Translations under genes and position numbers: made by a program
Shown here: positions 54,422 to 64,000 of the stretch, piece by piece
Position numbering within the stretch: the first letter of the stretch is position 1
Layout of the letters: the number at the start of each line of letters is the position of its first letter
Notes under the pieces: generated by a model
Told to the model about the DNA's origin: nothing
Seen by the model: only the letters and a program-made list of their open reading frames with translations
Databases searched by the model: none
NCBI RefSeq assembly: GCF_006345805.1
Contig: NC_043002.1
Coordinates: 103,664,001 to 103,728,000 of the forward strand
Length of the DNA stretch: 64,000 nucleotides
Source: Octopus sinensis
Taxonomy: Eukaryota
Direction: 5' to 3'

Positions 54422-54458
<37 letters not shown>
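53221..54458. repeat. Tandem duplication, ~644-bp unit (53221-53865 / 53866-54458)
   Basis: near-identical copies, junctions in (TTA)n. Confidence 0.9.
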
Positions 54459-54459
<1 letters not shown>

Positions 54460-54469
54460 GTCCGTGCGT

Positions 54470-54635
54470 ATCACTTAGGTATACGAGAGAGGGATGACCT
54501 CCCTTTGCAAATACTATAAGAGGGCACAGAAAGTGTGCCTAAAGCCAGCTGGAGACGATGATATCCTGGGGCTAAAAGCTACAGTAACACCCACCCTTAG
54601 TAATTAGCCATATTGAGATGGCTAGTATACTTTAC
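54470..54635. repeat. Unfolded (non-palindromic) member of the 44191 family
   Basis: TCCTGGGGCTAAAAGCTACAGTAACACCCACCC..TAGCCATATTGAGATGGCTA.TATACTTTAC, preceded by sequence absent from the 44191 copy. Confidence 0.8.
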
Positions 54636-54699
54636 ATTATTATTATTATTACTCAATAGCATTACTTTTATCACCTGTTTTCAATTCACTATAGAGTGC

Positions 54700-55462
54700 A
54701 GTTGTTTGTACAGTTTGTATGTGTTTCTTTTGTTGTTTTTATTTGCACTGTATTGAAAATACATTTTATATGATATGTGCGATGCCTAATATTTGTTTTT
54801 TCTGTCTACTGTAATATATTCGTAAATCTTGTTGCCTTGGTTATACATTTGTCTGGAATTTTTTCTTGTTTTTGACCATGCCTAATATGCTTATTATTAT
54901 AGAGATTATTGTTCTCTTCAAGCCCCATATTTGGGTTATGCCTGTTTCCACATTTTTTGTATTTTGAAATTTTTCCTTTTCCTTTAGAAATACGTTGTTA
55001 TCTGTCGGGATTTACAGATCGAAACAAGGCATCGTTTTCCTAATCATCTCTGAGAGCTTTATCCGGGCTATTATCTTGCTTTCAGTTTGTGCGTATTGGC
55101 GTCTTCCATAGTATGAATGCTTCGTCATTTTTTAAGATCTTTTCTTTAACAAACCTATACCATTATTTTTTGCTGTCATATCTGTAGATATATTCCTTCA
55201 TAGTCAGGACTGAAACAATATGTTTTATTGTTTCTTCCGCTTCAACTCATATTCTACTGTGACTTATTCTCTCTTTTTCTTCATTATGTGCTCCTTGTCC
55301 ATTCTGACGGAAGATCTTTAATCTTGTTCCATAATTAAAGCCCTTTCATCGTCTGCTCCGAGTCCGGGGCAACTCAACTATTGCTGACGTATTTTATTTT
55401 GTCTATTTTGTTTCTATTTAGCTTATCTTAGTATTTTCCAGGAAAGCTTTTTATTGCAATCG
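54700..55462 (-). mobile_element. Decayed R4/Dong LINE 3' region
   Basis: GKY*DKLNRNKIDK..EQD..EETIKHIVS..KEYIYRYD..WYR..NDEAFILWKTPIRTN..NSPD..IPTDNNVFLKEKEK..ILGMVK..ILGIAHII*NVFSIQ. Confidence 0.75.
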
Positions 55463-55464
55463 TT

Positions 55465-55493
55465 TATATCTATCTATCTACCTACATATCTAA

Positions 55494-55585
<92 letters not shown>

Positions 55586-55678
55586 TTATCTATCTATCTA
55601 CCTATCTATCTATCCATCCATCCATCTAACTATATATCTCTCTATCTATCAATCTATCAATCTATCTATCTATCTATA

Positions 55679-55717
<39 letters not shown>

Positions 55718-55720
55718 ATG
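55465..55720. repeat. (TATC)n microsatellite
   Basis: direct reading. Confidence 0.95.
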
Positions 55721-57399
55721 TCTGCCGTTCTGTCTTATAGATGAGTTACATTCGCCATATAAAAACTAATTTAATACTTATTCTATGACTTATCAAGCAA
55801 TCTACGCCAAACTTCTTATTGTGTCATTCTACATAGACTCATACACACACAACACACACACACAAACGCGCACGCACACACACATACACACAAACACTCA
55901 CTAAATCACACATATAGGCAGGAAAACCTATATAATGTACGGAAAATTGATAATATGTTTCAAATTTGTGAAACTAAAATGAAAAATCGGAAGAAATTCT
56001 CCGCAACGTTGTTCCGAGTCTCTTCATATAATTGCAGAAAGAACTTCAGCTCATGGATTGCTATTGGAAGCACAAAACCTAAGACTTTTAGAATGGTAAT
56101 TATTAACAGTTCTGTCTGGTTAAAAGCTGCAAGTGAAATTCAGGAAGAAAGAAAACATTATATCTGGAAGACAATGCTATGCCGAATGCCCCAGTCTGTA
56201 GGTTCACAGACAGGTCAAATTATTTGTGCTATAAGTAGTAAATTTCATTAAACCTACACCTGCTAGCTGGCTGCTCCTTGTTTTAGAAATTAATTCAATA
56301 ATTGAACCTAGCCTTCTAATGCTACTTATAGAGGGAATATGACAAATGAAAGAATAATGAATGCCCAGAATTTAATCAGGAAAACGCGTAAATGCAAAAT
56401 GTATTTCTGCTGCAGTGTTCTCAAGTAGCGATTTAGTGAATTCGGGAAACAAGTTGATATTCAACTGTCACTCATGGCTATAATTAGAATCAAGAACAGA
56501 AATGGTGTCACATGAAGAATATATTACGAACGAACACAAATGGTTGGTAAAAGTGATATATTGTAAAACTGCAATGTTTCGTTTTTGTATTCAGTTTTCC
56601 AGATGCTTATGGGAGGTTCCGCATTTTGTTGTATCCCATGAGGGTCATTACATCAATTATGGAAACTCGCCCTGGTTCCATTTCATTTCTTTATAATTAG
56701 TTTGTTGATTGATTAAATATTTAGCCAACTGACAAATCGATTGTTTGATCGATCAGTTAGATTTTTCAAGTTCCTATCATCGTCATTCGCGTCTCTATCA
56801 AGGCAATGTCAAAAGGCCTGAAGTATACCTGTAGTAAAGAGAGCATCAATGAGATAGCCATGACACATGGAACCAGTTGGAGGTGGATCTATTTGAAAAG
56901 AGGGCGCAAATGGAGACATTGTGCAGCTGGAAACCTATTCAGTCGTCCCTAATCCACTCGAGTGAAGCGTACAAACTAAAGAGCGATAGGCTTATCTCCC
57001 TGAGACACCTGACTATGATACGAAACATTTCCATTGACTCAGATGAGCTCGAGTAGCTGCTGCAGTTATTGTGGGGGGCAGACTATATCCGATGACTATT
57101 TCCCCTCACATACTTATTCATTCGATCAACTGAATGGTTTAACTCTCTTGAAACTAATACTGTATGCCGCCGCATTTGGTTGTTTGATGGATTTGAATTC
57201 ATGCCAGCGACACTAAATACACAAAAAGAGAAGAGACTCCATTGACAGGAAGGTTCTAAATGGCCCTTCCCCTCTCCCTTTTCCCGTAAATGAAACAAAA
57301 ATGACACAATGCTTACTGCCCTCCTAGGTGTATGTTCGAATTGATGTGTGTAAAAGGTATTGTTCGCAGCTTTCGAGAATGAGAACTGACCCAAGAATG

Positions 57400-57840
57400 G
57401 ACGGCAATAATCAAACGATATGAGCTTTTACATGGATGTAGTACAAGATCGATCGCAGATAAATATAATTCAAAAAATCCCGATAGGCATAGAAAAGAAC
57501 AGGAAGCATGATCTTATCAAAGACTCTCAGGGAAAAGATAACTTCTTACCAAAGTACCAAATCAAGAGAACTACAATATATCTCCAAATGAATTATAGCA
57601 AATATATACGTAAAAGAAAATAAAAAAGAATCAATGAGAGGCCCACAGTTGCATATATCAACAATGCACGGATTGAAATCAGGAACTACCAATACAATGG
57701 GTGGTTTGGATATGATAAAACCAGATGCATTGAAGAATATAAGCAATATCCTAGATGTGACATACCTAAATAACATTAAGAAAATAGTAGAGCCTAGCAG
57801 TGCTCGTATATTACATAAAGTACTCTCAATACATGAAGAA
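57400..57840 (+). mobile_element. Very old R4/Dong RLE C-terminal fragment
   Basis: ENYNISPNEL*..MHGLKSGT..MGGLDMIK..LNNIKKIVEPSSARILHKVLSI resembles MWHLK..VGALGMIK..IQKIVL.STAHILRRVLS. Confidence 0.45.
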
Positions 57841-58654
57841 AATCTATAACAACAAAACATACTTAAAGAACATAGAGTGAAGGATGTCGACCTCACTGAC
57901 TAAACATTACTTGCGTGTGTGTTATGGTTAGATGTACGTGTAGTTGTATACAGTTAATCACTTGTATATTGTCAGTCAATTACTTATCCTACTCCCACCT
58001 TTTACCATGTTCTTTAAAAACAAAACAGAAAAAGTAGAAAAAACAAAGCAAAATGTTCTGAAGAGCAAAATAAAATAGAGAGTAAATCAAAGAAAAAAAT
58101 TTTCTTAGAGAAATGTCTTAAAGTGACATTTACTACACTATGTAATAGAATTGGTAATTTTCTGTCAATGAAATAATGTCGGAAATGCGCAGCTGACTTC
58201 TTTGAGTGTGACAAAGCTGTGATCAGTTTAAAGTATAGTTAATGTAGGTATGTGGTTAAAATGGTTTTAATAGATACGTATTACGGATGTATCCACGTTC
58301 ATGGAGACCATTAGCTGTTCTATTCAAATGACAATTATAGCTTAGCTGTATCAAGGTCTACCTGTGACAGCGATCGATGCTTCAAAGCTATTCAATGACA
58401 AGCAGGCATACTGAACAACAATACAAACAAAAATAACGCTCTGAATCAGCAATACCAACTACAACAACAACAACAGCAGAGTTAGTTTCAAAATCTGCGA
58501 ATTGTTTCGATGTCAACAGATATTGAATTATATTAGGAAAAATACGCGCACATACACATCTGCGTACATACATTAATTCCTACATGCATACATACATACC
58601 TTTACACATATTCATAGATATACATTTTACACATACTTATATAAATGTACATGC

Positions 58655-58700
<46 letters not shown>

Positions 58701-59390
58701 GGATGGATGTATTTAGAGGCAATGTGAATGAGGATATACATGTGTATATATGTTGCATGCCTATTTGTTTCGGAATCTTGTATGTATATACGTACGTATG
58801 CGTGTGTGTGTGTAGATTAATATGTCTACGTTGCTAAGCTATACGAGAAGATAGAGTGAAGATTGTGTGTCTTTATTCAGTAAGTAAGTTGAAATAAAAT
58901 CGATATGAATGTCATCGGTAGATCGATAGTGTATTTGTTTCCGAAAGTTTTAGATCTTTCTTTGGAATAAAATAAAGATAAAAAAAGATATTCATACGAA
59001 AACAAACAAAAAACTTCCTATATAACAAAATAAAACATAAGAATCTTGACTTTAGTAGATTTAGTATTAAAGAATTATGGGATAGATTTCACATAACAGA
59101 ATTTATGGAAAAATTCTAAAACTGTCTTAGAAGCCTTTTTGGAACAATAAATGCAACTGTTGACTGCTGAATAATCCCAACAACGTAGTTTCTATTCTGA
59201 TATAATCATTCTCAAAGACAGCGACTGTATAATATCTCTATTAAAGTTCTGAGAATAGCGTTTGGCTGAAGATACTGGAAAACTTTATACTCATTCAATG
59301 AATAAAGTTCCCCGATACACACACACGCACGCACACAAACACACACGCATACGTATTTAATATGAATATATAAATATATATATATATATA

Positions 59391-59449
<59 letters not shown>

Positions 59450-60111
59450 ATGGATGTATTTAGAGGCAATGTGAATGAGGATATACATGTGTATATATGT
59501 TGCATGCCTATTTGTTTCGGAATCTTGTATGTATATACGTACGTATGCGTGTGTGTGTGTAGATTAATATGTCTACGTTGCTAAGCTATACGAGAAGATA
59601 GAGTGAAGATTGTGTGTCTTTATTCAGTAAGTAAGTTGAAATAAAATCGATATGAATGTCATCGGTAGATCGATAGTGTATTTGTTTCCGAAAGTTTTAG
59701 ATCTTTCTTTGGAATAAAATAAAGATAAAAAAAGATATTCATACGAAAACAAACAAAAAACTTCCTATATAACAAAAAAAACATAAGAATCTTGACTTTA
59801 GTAGATTTAGTATTAAAGAATTATGGGATAGATTTCACATAACAGAATTTATGGAAAAATTCTAAAACTGTCTTAGAAGCCTTTTTGGAACAATAAATGC
59901 AACTGTTGACTGCTGAATAATCCCAACAACGTAGTTTCTATTCTGATATAATGATTCTCAAAGACAGCGACTGTATAATATCTCTATTAAAGTTCTGAGA
60001 ATAGCGTTTGGCTGAAGATACTGGAAAACTTTATACTCATTCAATGAATAAAGTTCCCCGATACACACACACGCACGCACACAAACACACACGCATACGT
60101 ATTTAATATGA

Positions 60112-60150
<39 letters not shown>
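58701..60150. repeat. Tandem duplication, 747-bp unit (58701-59447 / 59448-~60150)
   Basis: near-identical copies, junctions in (TA)n. Confidence 0.9.
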
Positions 60151-60162
<12 letters not shown>

Positions 60163-60244
60163 ATATATATGTTTATATACATACATATATACATACATAA
60201 ATACATATATATATACATATATATATATATGTAGTTATATTATT

Positions 60245-60476
60245 GAAGGCGTATGGCTCAGTGGTTAGAGAGTCGAGCTTACGACCGTGAGGTAGTGAGT
60301 TCGAATCCCGGATCGGGCTGCATGTGTTCTTGAGCATGAGACCGGTAGTGTGGAGAGAAGAAGCTGGTATGTATCGGCGGCTGCTGGTCTTCTATAAACA
60401 ACCTTGCCCGGAGTTTTGCCTTGGAGGGTAATTTCTAGGAGTAATCCCATGGTCATTCGTGACCGAATGGTGTCTC
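60245..60476 (+). mobile_element. tRNA-derived SINE (family E) with internal deletion
   Basis: A-box TGGCTCAGTGG, B-box GAGTTCGAATCC; 3' part matches 49110-49240. Confidence 0.85.
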
Positions 60477-60968
60477 ACATAGTAATGGTATATGGTGTTA
60501 AGAACATACTAGAGTGCAGTCTAAAGCTCATCCGCCTTCAGATTTCACTTTGTGCTATCCAGTAGTACCATTATACGTACTTCCAACTTTGTGTTTGAGC
60601 ACCCGTTGTGTTCGAAAAGATAATGGAAAAATCTGGAGTCAAAGGAAGTGGTACAAGTGGACATTTAATCTTTAATCACTACAATTGTTTCTGCGCAAGG
60701 TAGTACTCCAGGTGTGCAGGTACTTGATTATGTAATTGTTTCCCTGCAACATGCAATTTAGCTGTTTTTCTTCAGGCGATATGTAAATAATATGCCTGTA
60801 AATTTTAAATCCTCGTCTACCAGAGCATCCTCTTTGTGGTAATTTAGTGGTAATTACTGAGCTTTTCAGGGGATTTTGTCGCTGTAGGGCCTTTCGCAAA
60901 CTGCTTTGAATATTTAGATGTAGTGGGATGGTGATGCTGGTACTGCTGAATGGTTGCCGTTTTAAAGG

Positions 60969-60993
60969 GTCAGAAGTGGGATTCGAACCCACG
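60969..60993 (-). pseudogene. Isolated tRNA-Leu-like 3' fragment (T-arm + acceptor strand)
   Basis: CGTGGGTTCGAATCCCACTTCTGAC matches the 3' end of eukaryotic tRNA-Leu(CAA/CAG) as I recall it; no 5' half nearby. Confidence 0.5.
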
Positions 60994-61801
60994 GCCACAT
61001 TAGTTGGCATTTCATTTCTTTATACTATTGATTTGTTCAGCAACGTATATTCACAAGAAAAGATTTTTTTGTATAGTAAATCTCATGGTAGTTCCATGTT
61101 TGTGTATAGGACCCGTTTGGGGAAAGAGTGCATTTTATATGTCATAAAATACGGCATGTACCTACAAAATATATAACTGTAAATATATAACTATAAAATA
61201 TATCTCCGTATATGTGTACGAGTAAGGCGGTAGACACGGAGTGCGACATAGCGAGAGAGAAAAATGAAGGTATATTTCAGATTCGAGCCAGACTTGCACT
61301 TTTAGAGCATTTATGAAGGTATTAATAGAGATTCTCTCAAAGCAAATAACGCAGTATATTCTGTTCTTGCGCAATCTGCACATGAAGATGGAGATGAAGA
61401 TTTTCTATTAATTACTTTGTCCTCACCCCACAGACTATTCGTCACTCCAGTGTCTGAAGAGTTACAGATTCTGTATACTGGTGGCGGTAAATACGGCTAC
61501 TAGATATCTGTCACTGACGTACCTACAGCAGGGTGAAATCACCTGAAGTGGCAGTTCTGGCAGCGGTACCAGATGATTCTCGTTTGTCCACGATATAATT
61601 TCGAGTGCTTCTATGCATTTTCGTAGGCTGAGGGTCTCGTGAGTGGTCCCCTCAAGGTAAACAAAGCAGTGTTCTCTATTCTAACACAACCTCCTAGATA
61701 CGTTGGAGATCAAGATTATCTTTCGGTATTAATATTGATTCTGTCGCTATTGACTATTTATCAATGTATTGTACATTTTCCAGTGAGAGGTCTCTCTAGT
61801 G

Positions 61802-62051
61802 CAGTGTTTCCCAAATTTATCAGGCTGCCGCCCCATTGACACCTGATCCAATTCCTAGTGTTACCATCCCAACTAACCATCACAAACGTACACCTTTTCT
61901 GAAGCAAATTCAAAGCAACTGTATTTCACAATTAAAACGTAACCTAACGAACCCATTATTTTGTTTGTTTTACATGAATCGCTATCCCATTGTTGCCCCG
62001 ATTTTCTTCAACGCTCCCAAGGAGCAATACCGCCCACATTAGGATCCACTG
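61802..62051. mobile_element. hAT (Charlie-like) MITE, 250 bp
   Basis: CAGTGTTTCCCAAA...ACATTAGGATCCACTG imperfect TIRs; 8-bp TSD CTCTAGTG/GTCTAGTG resembles the Charlie NTCTAGAN target. Confidence 0.75.
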
Positions 62052-62280
62052 GTCTAGTGCCTTGTGAAGGATAATATTCTTTAATCCAACAATAATGATT
62101 CTAGACTGCCATAGGATCATCTTCTGGATTAATATATACGTTAGTATCTACTGCCACTTCTGTAATGTACAGTTATTGACATCACATCCACTGCTTGTTC
62201 ATTACTGATATAATAACGACAGTGAAGGCGTTTGAGATGCAAAAATGGTCGCCAAAAATGGTTTTCAATCCCAGACTGAC

Positions 62281-62347
62281 CTGATTTCCTGCGTTCTTGA
62301 GCAACATAATTCATCGATACAATCCATTCATAAATGGATGAGTAAAC
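62281..62347 (-). CDS. Candidate 67-nt exon
   Basis: GTCTATTTGCAG|GTT...TCAG|GTCAGT, open frame VYSSIYEWIVSMNYVAQERRKSG; splice signals only, no homology recognised. Confidence 0.2.
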
Positions 62348-63741
62348 CTGCAAATAGACTATCGTCTTGTAGAGGGCGCTATCGGGATCTCGGCAATTTT
62401 TATACCATGGTAAGCAGGTATCTGTTCTATGAAATGCAGAAGTCAAAACGGGAATGTCCAGTGATTGTTGCCGTTGTTAATGATGATCATGTTGACAGGA
62501 ATGATCTTGATCGATCATCCTCATAATCAGGATAATGATGATGTAACGCTGATAAACCTGTACAATATTTCAATAAATACACCTTTAATATATTCGTTAT
62601 ATTTTGGGGTGGTCGCGTTATTCTTGCCAAATAAACACGCACTATACATTTGTCCTATTCGCCCTTCCCTCGTTAATTATTGTTCTTATTTTAACTTATG
62701 TCCATCGTATTTCATGTTATGCACATAAAATAAAATAAGAACAATAATAAATACGTTCAGAACGAATACATATATAGTGCGTGTATTTATTTGGCATCCC
62801 GACCATACCGAAATATCAAAATATTTGTTTCAACACACGATGCCATATCAGAAATCTTTCAAGACATATTCATGAATGTAATCTTGAATATACTTTTGTG
62901 ACAAACAAAAGGAAAGTGTTATTCGGTGACCTATAGATCCAAAGGAAATATTTCAAAACAGCATTAACAGCTGCCCTGAATAGATTGGTGTCTGCTATAA
63001 GAAGGCGCCATACATGCAGTTCATTCTACAAATATAACAAACACATTTCACTCAAAGAAAGACGTTGTTAGCATAATTGCACAAGGGTTTATTAATATCT
63101 CCAAGAGCTTTGGACTTCAAATGGATTCAGAATGGAAGAAGACGAGAAGACATACCGTTAAAGTGTTTTGCTATGAAATATCGTGACAGATGAAACATGA
63201 TGTGTATTATTTTGTCTGTAACGTATGCAGAGTAATTTGGAAACTAAGCAACTGCGAAAAGATCTGATTAAAGAAAAGAAAATATCATTCTTTCGATTGA
63301 TGTGATGGCAGGGAATTTCTCCATTGTGCAATCAGCATCGAATCCTGTGGTTGCGGTGAATTAAGCAACAAAATCGTGTGTGGAATATTCTCTGTGAAGA
63401 TCAGTTTCCTATGTTACCCAGGTCAGCAAATAACAAATTACTTTCATTTGAATATGGTAAGGAGATGCATTTCCCATGCAATGTGAATAACGTACGTACA
63501 TGCATGCATACATACGTCCCTATAAATATATACATACATACATACATCCATACATATATACATACATACATATATATATATATATACGTATATATATATA
63601 TATATATATATACGTATATATGTACATGTATATTGATATATATAAGTTTACATATATATATATATATAAGTGCCATTACACACACATAAATATATCTATC
63701 TATCCAGCTATATATCTACCACCTGCCTTCTTCCTATCCAA

Positions 63742-63806
<65 letters not shown>

Positions 63807-64000
63807 CTTACATATAACGTTATATATTAACGCTTGTACTACCTACAAAGGCAAGCTTTATTTTTGGTTAAAATCCTGTACACCCTTGCTTGTTCGATGT
63901 TTAATTTCATTAAAGTGATTCCAGGTTGAAAGCTAAATAGCAAAGCAGTAAGAAACAACGAAAGGGAAATAGCTTATTTGTTTGAAGAAGGCTTTTCATG

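Noticed and set aside
63050-63190. SEWKKTRR resembling the P450 WxxxR motif
   Set aside because: No splice support and no other P450 features; motif too short.

Overview
AT-rich, microsatellite-saturated animal DNA, most likely an octopus (inferred from the tRNA-derived SINE families, dense (TA)n/(AAT)n tracts and transposon mix). There is one 100-N assembly gap. I cannot support any complete host gene: nearly all ORFs in the supplied track are microsatellite read-throughs, and only a few weak minus-strand exon candidates remain. The window is mostly transposable-element debris: about a dozen tRNA-derived SINE copies, eight decayed R4/Dong-type (RLE) LINE pieces, RTE and L1/Tx1 scraps, two Penelope-like element (PLE) remnants with GIY-YIG coding sequence, three Helitron-type non-autonomous elements, a mariner relic interrupted by a SINE, a hAT MITE, a 34-bp minisatellite and three near-identical 0.6-0.75 kb tandem duplications. 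Three patterns deserve follow-up. (i) At least six minimal type-I hammerhead-ribozyme-like motifs with palindromic stem III, one of them directly downstream of a tRNA-like Pol III head (candidate hammerhead SINE). (ii) Several fold-back palindromic elements whose arms share copy-private variants. (iii) An unclassified ~560-bp non-coding family embedded in (AAT)n next to Dong fragments. All alignments and folds were done by eye, so element boundaries are approximate unless termini or TSDs are quoted.
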